A stretch of DNA of 64,000 bases. Origin: Sphyrna mokarran. Its lineage: Eukaryota. This document shows, piece after piece, positions 23,390 to 35,370 of the stretch. Position 1 is the first letter of the stretch, and every line of letters begins with the position of its first letter. The position numbers and the translations under genes were made by a program. Location of the stretch: NCBI GenBank assembly GCA_024679065.1, contig JAGIQG010000040.1:6944001-7008000 (forward strand). Direction: 5' to 3'. The notes below the pieces were generated by a model. It was not told the origin of the DNA. It saw nothing but the letters and a program-made list of their open reading frames with translations, and did no database searches.

Positions 23390-24668
23390 AGTCATGTCTG
23401 ACAAATCCTTTAGATTTATTTAAGGAATTTAGAAGTTAGAAAAAGGGGGAGCATTGGACGTGATATATTTAGATTTCCAGAAGGCCTTTGATAAGGTGCC
23501 ACACAGGAGAATGTGAAATAAGTTAAGAGCTCATGGTGTTAAGGGTAAGATACTGGCTTGGATAGAAGATTGGCTGAATGAGAAGACAGAGATTGGAATG
23601 AAGGGCTCTTTTTCAGGATGGCAGCCAGTGACTTGTGGTGTGCCTTAGGGATGGTGTTGGGACAACAACTTTTCAGAATATGCATGAACAATTTGGAAGA
23701 AAGAACTGAAGACAATGTTGCTAAGTTGGCAGATGATACAAAGATATGTAGAGGGACAGGTAGCATTGAGGAAGCAGGGACAGGGCTGCAGAAGGAGATG
23801 GACAGGCTAGGAGAATGGGCAAAGAAGTGGCAGGTAGAATACAATGTGTGAGGTTCTGCACTTCGGAAGCAGGAATGGAGGCACAGACTATTATCTAAAT
23901 GAGAAATGGTTAGGAAATCAGAAGTACAAAGAGATTGGGGGTCCTTGTTCGACATTCTCTTTAGGTTAACATGATGGTTCAGCTGGCAGTTAGGAAGCAA
24001 ATGCAGTGTTAGCTTTCATATCGAGGGGGCTAAAACACAAAAGCAAAAATGTACTTCTGAGGCTGTCCACAGCTCTGAGCAGGCCTCAGTTGGAGCATTG
24101 TGAGCAGTTTTGAGCTCTGTATCTAAGGAAGGATATGCTGGCCTTGGAAAGGATCCAGAGGAAGTTCACAAGGATGATCCCTGGAATGAAGAGCTTGACG
24201 TATGAGGAACGGTAGAGGACACTGGATCTGTACCCGTTGGAGTTTAGAAGAATAACTGGGGGGGGGGGGTGGTGGTGCGGTTGCAGAGGGATGTTATTGT
24301 AACTTACAGGATACTGCGACACCTGGGTAGAATGGCCGTGAAGGGGATGTTTCTACTATCAGAAAAACTAGAGCCAGATGGCACAATCTCAGACGAAAGA
24401 GACGATCTTTTAAAACAGAGATGAGGAGGAATTTCTTCAGTTGGAGAGTAGTGAACTGGTAGAATTCTGCCACAGAAGGCTGTGGAAGCCAAGTCATTGA
24501 GTGTCTTTAAGGCAGAGATAGATATGTTCTTGATTAATAAGAGGTTCAGGGGTGTGTGGAAAAGGCAGGAGAATGAGAATGAGAAAAATGTCAGCTGTGA
24601 TTGAATGGCGGAGTAGACTCGATACAAGGAGTGGCCTAATTCTGCTCCTATGTTTTATGGTCTTATAG
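23390..24668 (+). mobile_element. Older CR1 LINE 3' half in the J-C1 intron
   Basis: LDFQKAFDKVPH, K.ADDTK motifs with stops and frameshifts. Confidence 0.85.
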
Positions 24669-25630
24669 GCAAGTGTGGTATGCAAGGTCAATGTTGTGGA
24701 CAGTCTATGCCTCAAGCAATGGCCAGCATAGAGAGTGAATTCAGCTATTTGACAAATTAGCTTTGATCTCAGTTAATGGGAATGAAATTTTACATTCTTA
24801 ATAATCAAGAAGTGTTATCATTACCTAATTGTTTAGAAAGAATATTTGTATTGGTCGGTAAAGAAAAGGCACTATTGTAAAATCATTTTGTTAAGATAAG
24901 TAAATATATTAAGCAGAAGTTTGTGTGAGTAACGAAAGCACTGCAAGAAGCAGTGATGCTATCAGAATAATTTTAATCTTAATTCTTCTGTGTTGGCATT
25001 GTGATTATTCTATTAGTCACTTAACGTTGAAAGCATTTCTGTTTCATCACATCTGACATACACATGCATTATGGCATTCTGTTATTAATGTAGGAATCCT
25101 TCTTTAAAAAAACAAATTGCTTAATTATTATTAAAGATGTCGGCAGTGTTAAGAACAGTGACAACGTGTACTCGCATCATAGTTTTAGCGTAAAAATGCA
25201 ACCCAAAGTAGTTAATGGGATCGTCAAACACTGAAGTTTAACAAGAAACACTGACAGTCACGTTATTGCCAGTTGGCAAAGCTTTGATTAGAGAGGTAGA
25301 CTTGTTTGTTTATATTTTACTTTATTGTATTTTATTTAATGAATATCATAAAGAAAAGAGGCCAGCTTGAAGGGCGGTGAAGCTTTGCAGAGAATTACAG
25401 GTCATGAGGAACGGCTGCTAATTGGAAGGCGACCAATGTTGGAGCAAGTGAAATTGAACACAAATAAGCAAGCACAAGTGCTTTGTACTTTGTGGAACAT
25501 CCAATTACGTTCTGTGATCTAGGAGAAGGATGTTATGGAAAGATTTGCAGAGAATTTAAAGATAAATATGTTGATTGACCTGGGCATGGTGTAGGTTATC
25601 GAGCATCGAACTCATGGGGCAAAGATACTT

Positions 25631-26546
25631 TAAGAAGTCTCACAACACCAGATTAATTTCGAACAGATTTATTTGGTAGCAAAAGCCACTAGCTTTCAGA
25701 TACTGCCCCTTCGGCAATTAAGTGAGAGTTCTGTTCACAAACAGGGTATATAAAGACACAAACTCAATTTACAAAATAATGATTGGAATGCGAGCATTAA
25801 CACGTCTTAAAAGTACAGACAAAGTGAGCGGAGGGAGGATTAAGCACAGGTCAAAGAGATATGTATTGTCTTCAGCCAGGACAGTTAGTGAGATTTTGCA
25901 AGCCCAAGCAAGTCATGGCCGTTACAAATAGTGAGACATATACCCAAGATTCCGCTTGAGGCCGTCCTCATGTGCAGAACTTGGCTATTCGTTTCAACTC
26001 AGTGACTGTGCACTGTGGTGTGTCATGAAGGCCACCTTGGAGAACGCTTACCCGAAGATCACAGGCTGAATGCCCGTGACCGCTGAAGTGTTCCCCAAAA
26101 AGAAGAGGACATTCTTGCCTGGTGATTGCCGAGTGATGTCCATTCATCCGTTGTCATATCATCTGCATGGTCTCCCCAATTTACTATGCTTCGCAGCGTA
26201 TCAGGTAGACAATGTACCCCCATGATTTGCCTGGGCTTGCAAAATGTCACTAACTGCTCGCTGGAGACAATTCATACCTCTTTAAGCTGTACTTAACCGT
26301 CTTTGGATTGATATTGTCTGTATCTTTAAGACCTGATTACCTATAAAGACATTATTACAACCAATATTTTGTAAATTGAGCTTATGTCTTTATATGCCCT
26401 GTTTGTGAACAGAACTTCCACTTACCTGACGAAGGGGCAGCGCTGCAAAAGCTAATGGGTTTTGCTACCAAATAAACCTGTTGGATTGGTGTTGTAAGAC
26501 TTCTTACTGTGTTTACCCCAGTCCAACGCCAGCATCTCCAGATCAT
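25631..26546. mobile_element. Penelope-like element with ~290-bp inverted arms (25631-25918 / 26220-26506)
   Basis: Arms are diverged reverse complements of each other and match 2910-3190; the loop is the GIY-YIG C-terminal region on the minus strand. Confidence 0.82.
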
Positions 26547-28062
26547 AACAAAGATACCGAGCATGGTTAAACATCGGTCAGTAGTGGCTTTGGTGGCTTT
26601 AAATTCACGGAAGGGAGAATGAAGAGTGATGATTTAGAATGGATTTCGATAGAGAAAGGAAATTAAATAATGATGATTTCAGCAATACTTGTGCTCAGGT
26701 GGAAGCGAAACTGGTCGCTGTATCTATTGTGAAATCTGACTGTCTTGAGAAATGAAATGAACATTTGGTCAGAATCTTGTCTTGTGGTCAAAGCAATATT
26801 CCATTGTAATCATCAGTCTAGACAGCCTCAGATAGAAAGTGGGTTCTATAGTGGGACTTGTTGTCCTTTGCATTTCAAGGGAACCGTTGCATTGCAGTGC
26901 CAGATGTTTGACTAACAATTGGTTAATTCAGTGACATTTGAACAATTGCTATTTGGGGCGGTATAAATTGTCAGTATACAACAGTGCACAGGTGTGTAGT
27001 CTCGTTTCGGTGTCAGATGATGATGTTAGAAATAAAAACATATATGAGAGGAAAAATGAATCCAATGCGCATTTAATTTTAGGCAACCGTTTTGCGCCGA
27101 GTCAAAAAGAATGAAATGTTTGACACATTGAATTCAGGATCATTTGGTCATCAATTTAAGTAATGGCAAGCAAATTTAAATGTTCATTATCATCTCAATT
27201 CCTTTAACACAATGTCCACACCCGAATATCCTGCTCATAATTCATGGCTGGCGGTAGATGTGGAGCTGACCGTCCTAATGTTGACTCTATTACTAACCAG
27301 ATTGTCAGTAGTTATCAAGAAATTATCAAAACATAGCTTTACGGTAGGGGAACCAGCTCCCTATCTGTTCCCTCACAGCTATTCAACAGTAGATAAATGT
27401 ACACAGCAACTTTCCAGGGAGTTTTATACCTGTTACGACTATTTTTTTCAATAAAATTGAACATCTTATCCAACACCTTGTGAAAAACCCAATGCCCTGT
27501 TGCAATTTGCTAGAGAAAATTGAGATAAGTCTTGAAATAAATCTCAAATTCAGGCTGCCAATGCGCTGCGAAACGAATTCTGAGTTGAATATGTACCTCT
27601 TAGCATTGACCATAAATATGTAAAGGACATTAAAAAGTTTGGAAATTTCTGTGAACTCAATTAGTGCTCTCAAAATGTAGATCCACTAGTATCTGCAGCA
27701 TAGAGTTTTTCTCAAGCTGTTGAGGCAAAATGCAATTTCCTGATGAGAGCATTAATTTACGCCCTGTAAGATGCGCCTCAGTTATGTCCCACAGTAATGC
27801 AATGGCAGGAAATTCCAGGCAGCTGTAATGATGAATAGGAATGAGTCAGGGGAATACAATCTGCGATATGTCAACTATGCCAATTCTCTCAACTCAGTGC
27901 TGCGAGTCAATTATGTCATTTTACACAAAAATATCTGGTCTATCTTTTTATCTAAACAAATCAAATATTGTCTAGTTTGTGAGGCTAATGATATAAAAGG
28001 AAAGTAATACACGACAACGGATTAATAGGTAAACCAAGAAAAAATAAAGCAGTTATAACCCT

Positions 28063-28506
28063 CCTGGTATGGAGGGCAGGTCCTATGAGGAGAGGTTGAA
28101 GGATTTGAGGTTGTTTTCGTTAGAAAGGAGGCGGCTAAGAGGGGATCTTATTGAAGCATATAAGATGATTAGAGGTTTAGATAGGGTGGACAGTGATAGC
28201 CTTTTTCCTAGGATGGAGAAAGCTAGCACGAGGGGACACAGCTTTAAATTAAGGGGTATGAGTTATAGGACGGATATCAGAGGTAGGTTCTTTACTCAAA
28301 GAGTGATTAGGGAGTGGAATGCCCTGCCTGCAGCTGTCGTCGATGCGCCAAGTTTGGTGGCGTTTAAGAGGTTAATTGATAAGTATATGGAAGAGAAGGG
28401 AATGGTTTAGTTTGGAGGGGCATTGCTTTTTATTTTGGTCGGCACAACATCGAAGGCCGAAGGGCCTGTTCTGTGCTGTAATGTTCTATGTTCTATGTTC
28501 TATGTT
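28063..28506 (+). mobile_element. Very young CR1 LINE (subfamily A) in the J-C1 intron
   Basis: ORF 28069-28410 identical to other A copies; TAACCC at both flanks (28056, 28507). Confidence 0.95.
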
Positions 28507-28754
28507 TAACCCGTTCTTCACATCCTCGTAACGCCACAAATGCTATACCGACCATGAAATATCTTTCAAATGCAGACACGGATTCATTCAGATAGATGAT
28601 GCCGTTAATATGTTTTCACATACAGCAATTTGATGCTGCCAGGATTATTTCATTTCCATTTCGATGTTGGTTCAGGAATAAAGTTTGGCTAACCACGTTA
28701 AAAACGACTTAATTTTAGTCAAACAAGAGACTAAGACCTTTTTTGTAATTTTAG

Positions 28755-29066
28755 GAGCAACTCCCCCAATCATTAGTCTCTTCTCTGAAACTGATGAATC
28801 GAGAGAAAAGGGGTTTGTGCAGCTGATTTGTTTGATCAGTGATTACAAACCAAAAAACATTGGAGTGAGCTGGTTGGAGAATGGAAACGTCCGACATTCT
28901 GGCGTCACCACTACGTCCTCATGTGAAACAACAGATGGAAAATTCCAATCCAGCAGCATCCTGAAGTTGCGGGTTCAGGAATGGAACAGCGGTTCCACAT
29001 ACAGCTGCCAAGTGACCCATTCTGCTACCAACAGCAACAAACGGAAAGACATTAGATCAACATCAG
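28755..29066 (+). CDS. IgNAR: IgNAR C1 exon (GATPPIISLF...QLICLIS...W...YSCQVTH...RKDIRSTS)
   Basis: ttttAG acceptor 28753-28754, donor G|GTGAGG 29067; 312 nt, phase 1-1; C1-set Cys/Trp/Cys motifs. Confidence 0.94.
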
Positions 29067-29369
29067 GTGAGGAAATGGAATCAACTCACAAACTTCCAGA
29101 TGTCATAATTTATTTTATTTACTTTATTTTAGGATTCACTGGGAAGCTGGCACATAAATTATTCATTAAACATTAAGAATCCCGGAAAGGAAATCCAGAC
29201 TTTTTAATGAAAACTCAGCAGTGTGTTTGGCGAAAGAAGCAGTAGGACTCTGGAATCCGTTTAACTCATCTTTAGCAACTTCTGTTTTTTTTTCAAATTC
29301 AGATTCACAGAATATCACATATTTCGTTGTTGGAGATCCTGGAGCAGGCCAATTGAGTCATATATTCAT

Positions 29370-29935
29370 AGTACATACGTTGCAGAATAGGCCCTTCAGT
29401 CTTTGGAATCTACAAGGACACCAAAGAAGCATGAACTCCCGCTTAATCCCATTCACCAGCAGTTGTCCCCATACCCTTGAATGTGATGAGTGCACATGTA
29501 GACGTGTTTTAAAAGGATGTGAGACAAACTACCTCTACCATCCTCTTCGGAAGTGCAGGCCAGACCAGTCTGGGAGTAAATCGTCTTTCCTCAAATCATT
29601 GGAAAATGCCTACCCTTCAACTTGAATTTCTAACCCCTCCTCACATATCTTTTAACTAAGGGCACAACCTTTCTAATCCACTATGCCCTTGTCCCTCATA
29701 ATCTTGTATGTCTCGTCCGGACAGCCCTCATTTCTCTCTGCTCCAAAGAAATCAACCTAAACCTATCCATCCTCTCTTCGTAAATTAAATGCTGCAAGCT
29801 AGGCAGCATTCTGGTGAATCTTCTCTGTACCCCTCCAGTTCAATCACATTCTTCCTACAGTCTGGCCACCAGAACTACACACACTGCATTAGCTAAGACC
29901 TCACAAAAGTTCGATACAATTATAACATGATTTCT
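29370..29935 (-). mobile_element. Decayed CR1 3' fragment in the C1-C2 intron
   Basis: Degenerate reverse-strand RT C-terminus and tail. Confidence 0.7.
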
Positions 29936-30093
29936 TTGGTAAATAATTTATCGAGTATAGTGTATTGACAACATTGCAAAAATATAGCGACAGGTCACCA
30001 AATCAATCTAGGTGAATAGAGCAGAAACATAGATCGTCATTTCTACCTCTAGCTATTTTTTCCGATTCTGACTCCCTCCCTCTATCTTTCTCT

Positions 30094-30105
30094 CACACAC
30101 GTGCG

Positions 30106-30151
<46 letters not shown>
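30094..30151. repeat. Compound (CA)n-(CG)n-(CA)n alternating purine-pyrimidine microsatellite
   Basis: Direct reading of the sequence. Confidence 0.95.
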
Positions 30152-30746
30152 GAAACTCGTTTTCTTTCCTCTCTGGTATCTCTCTCTACCACTTGATTTC
30201 TCGTGCCATTACCTCAAGCAGAAATAAACTGTTCATGGGTAGAAGTGGGAACATCGTAGTGGCGGTGCGGACTCGTTGGGCCGAAGGGCCTATTCCTCGT
30301 GTTGTTTTGTTCTTTGTTTGAGAACTCGGCATCCAAGAGCTGAACTTCCAACCTCATTTCCTCTTCACATATTTTTCTGACTCCCTGTTCCTGCAGTTTC
30401 CCTTCTCTCCGTCTCACTTTCTCCTGCTCCCTACTTTATTGTTTCTTTCTCAATCTATGTTTCTGAATCTTGCTGCGCATGATACTTTCTGTTGCATTTC
30501 TTTGTGCCTTGCTATATGCCATTACCCCGCAGCAAGTTGCACAGTCTAAATTCGCCGTTCAGAATTGTGGTTCCTATCAGCATCTTGCCAAACTGTAAAA
30601 TTATGTTTCACATTCAAGAAAACTCAGTAAAGACAAAAATTGCTACACGAACGGTTCTCATTGACATTAAAATTCTCATTATAAAGAAAATCATTACCAT
30701 TAAAGCCTGCCATTGATTCAGGATTTATGTTATTTTCCATTGACAG

Positions 30747-31046
30747 AAATCACACTATTTCTCAGAGAACCCTCACTTGAAGAAATTTGGATAAAGAAAA
30801 CTGTCATGCTCATTTGTGAAGCGGTATCCACAGTTCCCAGTGTGGTTGGGATCACTTGGACAGTGGATGGTAAGAAAAGGACCGAAGGTATTCAAACTGA
30901 AGGACCTCAACAAGGAAACAAGTATCTGACCATCAGCCGCTTGACCAGCAGTGTGGAGGAGTGGGATCGTGGGGCTGAATACAACTGTTCAGCACAACAG
31001 AGCGAATCATCGACTCCAGTCTCAAAACGAACACGAAAGTTAAAAG
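30747..31046 (+). CDS. IgNAR: IgNAR C2 exon (EITLFLREPSLEEIW...ICE...W...YNCSA...RKLK)
   Basis: gacAG acceptor, donor G|GTGAGT 31047; 300 nt, phase 1-1. Confidence 0.95.
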
Positions 31047-31134
31047 GTGAGTTATAGCACGATGAGCAAACACAATCATTCTTTTCTGAATGAAATTGAA
31101 GAGATGGAAATCACTGGTTGTTATTCTGTTGCAG

Positions 31135-31452
31135 TCGAGCCATCGAAGCCCAATCTCCAACTCCTGCCTCCATCAGCAGAGGAGCTTCAAAGTTCCAGCG
31201 TCGCTACTCTCACTTGTTTGATAAGAGGATTCTACCCGGACAAAATATCCATTTCCTGGCAGAAGAACGGAGCTGTTTTGAGCTCGAACATCACTCGCCT
31301 CCCCACTGCTCTGGAACAAGACCAGACCTTCAGCATAAGCAGCCTCCTCATTTTGCCGGCAGGGGAATGGAAAACAGGAGCAAGATACACCTGTGTCGCT
31401 TCACATCCAGCTACAAAATTTACCGGAAAGAAGACGATCAACAGCCCGAAAG
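31135..31452 (+). CDS. IgNAR: IgNAR C3 exon (VEPSKPNLQLLPPS...TCLIRGFYP...YTCVASH...NSPK)
   Basis: ttgcAG acceptor after an 88-bp intron, donor G|GTAAGC 31453; 318 nt, phase 1-1. Confidence 0.95.
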
Positions 31453-31580
31453 GTAAGCACAGTTTGTTGGAATATTTTTTTTTTCAAAAATCCGGCCACA
31501 ATATCCAAAAAAGAATATACTGCCGAGCAGATTCAAGTAGGATCCAGCAAATCCAAAATGTTTGGGATCCAGCAAATCCA

Positions 31581-32417
31581 GGATGCAAGACTGGGCAGAG
31601 AAGTGGCAGATGGACTTCAACGCGGATAAATGTGTTGTGGTCCATTTTGGCAGATCCAACGGGATGAATGAGTACACTATCAAAGGTAGGAGACTTAGAT
31701 GTGTGGAAGAGCAGAGGGATCTTGGGGTCCGGGTCCATAAGACTCTCAAATCGGCCTCCCAGGTGGAGGATGTGGTTAAGAAAGCTTACGGTGTACTGGC
31801 CTTCATTCATCAAGGGATTGAGTTCAGGAGTCAGGAGGTAATGCTGCAGCTTTATAGGACCATTGTCAGACCACACTTGGAGTACTGTGCGTAGTTTTGG
31901 TCGCCTCACTATAGGAAGGACGTGGAAGCTATTGAAAGGAGGCAGAGGAGATTTACAAGGATGTTGCCTGGATTGGGAGGCATGCCTTATGAAGACAGGT
32001 TGAGGGAGCTGGGACTGTTCTCCCTGGAGAGACGAAGGTTGAGAGGCGACCTGATAGAGGTTTACAAGATGTTGAGAGGAATAGATAGGGTGGACTTTCA
32101 GAGACTATTTCCCAGGGCTGAAATGGTCGTGACGAGAGGGCACAGATTTAAGGTGCAGGGAAGCACGTACAGAGGGGATGCTAGGGGAAAGTTTTTCACT
32201 CAGAGGGTGGTGAGTGAATGAAATCGGCTGCCGTCGGTGGTGGTCGAGGCAAAGTCGCTGGGGTCTTTTAAAAGACTTCTGGATGAGTATATGGGATCCA
32301 ATGGGATTGGGGGTTATAGATAGGTCTACGGCTGGGTAGGTTTTTAATGTGTTCAGCACAACTTGTGGGCCGAAGGGCCTGTTTGTGCTGTAGTGTTCTA
32401 TGTTCTATGTTGTATGT
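31581..32417 (+). mobile_element. CR1 LINE (subfamily D) ~130 bp downstream of the C3 donor
   Basis: ORFs 31562-31894 and 31922-32221 RT C-terminus; TSD ATGTTTGG at 31558 and 32418. Confidence 0.93.
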
Positions 32418-33834
32418 ATGTTTGGACACCAATTAATGTGTCTTGTCCGCGGAAAGGAAATGATAGTCAACACTCAATTGGTAGGCCCAAGCAAGCTACC
32501 TGAGAATCCAGTGAAATGAACAGATGAAGGATGTGCAAAGATGTGCGGGTTAGGTTTATTGGCCATGCTAAAATTGTCCCTTAGTATCCTGAGATGCGTA
32601 GGTTAGTGGGATTAGCAGGTAAAATATGTAGGGATATCGGGGTAGGGCCTGGGTGGGATTGTGGTTATTGCAAACTCGATGGGCCAAATGACCTCCTTCT
32701 GCACCATGGGGTTTCTACAATGATGAAGATGATGATTCTATGATGATGAAAATGCCTATGAATTAATTGTGTAGTTTTCTGCTGACTAAAACATGCTTTG
32801 ACACAGTACCGAGCAGTGCATTAAGACAATGAAGGCACCGCACGATGAGGGAGGAGGCGTTATCACCTCTCTCTTCCATATTGAACTTACTGTTTTAACG
32901 CAGCGCAACATTGTGTGCTCCGAGTCAGCCAACTGAAAGTCAGAAACAACCAACTGTTAAGACATTCAACCAAATAGCGGAAAGAAATGCGCACATTTTT
33001 AGTCTTAAAGGTACACTAACAAGTGGGACAGATATCACAGGGTCTAATCAAATACAGTTTTCATGCCCTCAAACTAATCAAGGGTCCAATGCTTTTGATC
33101 AAAGAAGTCATCTCTCATGATTTACTTATAATTTATGATTGGATTTTTTTCCCAGTACAAAAACATTGTGCCTGCAATAATTGCACTGGCATTTCTACAA
33201 TAGCACTGGAAAATTTAAAACTTCCCAGAATATCTGGTTATGCTCTGGCATTTGATAATTTAATTGATCTTGTCTGTTCTCCATCCCGTCTCTAGCCACC
33301 ATTTAGCAATAAATAATAGTTCAATTCTCTATTTAGTATAGCTTACCATGTACGAGTTCCAATCAAATGAAAATCCAATTAACCTGTGATGCTCTCATTG
33401 TACAGTCATTACTGGTCTTTGCTGCATATGTTGACACATGAGGAAAGTTCTTTGGCTACAATAACTGAGGCACCTACCAGCACTCTTGTAATAACAAGTA
33501 TTACAATTAATTCTTGCTAAACTCGTTAAATGGAGCACATACGTTTGGGAAGCATCATTAGGTTGTAGTACCTTCTTATGCAGTGTAATAACTCTTAAGT
33601 TCAGCTGCTGTGCTTCACCAGGTTATCCACGTTAAAACAGCGGCTGTTGGAAGTTACAGTAGTCTCATCAAATCCTGAAAATATAGAGAGACCCATTCTT
33701 TCATCATCCTCCGACCAAAAGAACTATTTTGGAGCCGGCATGTTTCCACTTCGATGAAGTAAATTTTTCACGTGGCTCTAATACATTTGTGTTAAATTAG
33801 GCTATTGATATCCTGACTTCACACTGATAGAACA

Positions 33835-35370
33835 CAGATCATGGAACAGGACAGCATCGTATAGGCACTTCGGCCCTCGATGTTGTGCCGAGCTATGTCC
33901 AAACTCAAGAACAAACTATCCCACTCCTTATCATTCCGGAGTGCTCCATGTGCCCATCCAATAACCACTTGAAAGTTCCTAAAGTGTCCGATTCCACTAT
34001 CACAGCAAGCAGTCCATTTCACACCCCAACCACTCTCTGAGTAAAGAATATACCTCGGACATCCGTCCCATACCTCCCATCTGAGTAAAGAATATACCTC
34101 GGACATCCATCCTATATCTCCCTAGTAAAAGCTACATCCATCCGAGGAAATAGTCTCTGCACGTCCACTCTATCTATTCCCCTCAACATCTTATAAACCT
34201 CTATTAAGTCGCCTCTCATCCTCCTCTATTCTAAAGAGAAAAGCCCCAGCTCCTTCAGCTTTTCCTCATAAGTCCTCTCCTCCAAACCAGGAAGCATCTC
34301 CTCTGCTAAACCTACTCTGCACTCTCTCCAATGCTTCCATATCCTTCTTAAAGTGAGATGACCAGAACTGCCCACAAATATTCCAAATGTGCTCTCACTA
34401 AGGTCCGGTATAGTTGCACCTGGGTTCTTAAACTCAAACCTTCTGTAAATGAACGCTAACGCACTATGAGCCTTCTTCATGGCTTTATCCACTTGAGTGG
34501 CAATCTTCTGAGATCTTTGGATATGAACATAGAACATAGAACATTACAGCGCACTACAGGCCTTTCGGCCCTCGATGTTGCGCCGGCCAGTGGACCCTCT
34601 AACTTAAACTATTCCAATATCATCCATATGCCTATCCACCGAACATTTGAATGCCCCCAAAGTAGGCGAGTCCACAACTGCTGCAGGCAGGGCATTCCAC
34701 GCCCTCACCACCCTCTGTGTGAAAAACCTGCCTCTGACATCCGTCCTATAACTACCACCTCTTAATTTAAAGTTATGTCCCCTCGTGTTGGTCATCACCA
34801 TCCGAGGAAAAAGGCTCTCACTATCCACCCTATCCAATCCCTTGATCATCTTATACGCCTCAATTAGGTCACCGCGTAACCTTCTTCTCTCTAATGAAAA
34901 TAACCTCAGGTCCCTCAGCCTTTCCTCATAAGGCCTTCCCACCATACCAGGCAACATCCTGGTAAACCTCCTCTGCACCCTTTCCAATGCTTCCACATCT
35001 TTCTTATAATGCGGCGACCAGAACTGTACGCAATACTCCAAGTGCGGCCGCACCAGAGTTTTGTACAGTTGTAACATAACCTCACGGCTCCTAAATTCAA
35101 TCCCTCTACCAATAAAAGCTAACACACCGTACGCCTTCTTAACAACTTTATCAACCTGGGTGCCAACTTTCAAAGAGCTATGTACTTGTACCCCAAGATC
35201 CCTCTGCTCGACAACACTATTAAGGGTCTTTCCATTAGCCCTATATTTCATATGCCTGTTATTCCTACCAAATGAATCCCAAGATCTCTCTACTCCTCCA
35301 CATTCCTTAGAACCCTGCCGTTGATCCTCTAATCCACAATGTCCTACCAAAATGAATCAGCTCACACTTA
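33835..35370 (-). mobile_element. Older CR1 with a nested younger CR1 (34525-35273, subfamily C)
   Basis: ORFs 34226-34537 and 34604-35350; host sequence resumes after 35276; ATGAA at both junctions. Confidence 0.88.

Noticed and set aside
20773-28754. Classical class-switch (S) region in the J-C intron
   Set aside because: No AGCT/G-rich tandem array seen; the intron is LINE fragments and unique AT-rich DNA
31047-31667. 206-aa ORF as a single gene
   Set aside because: It is intron + C3 exon + intron/CR1 read-through; splice sites delimit only 31135-31452
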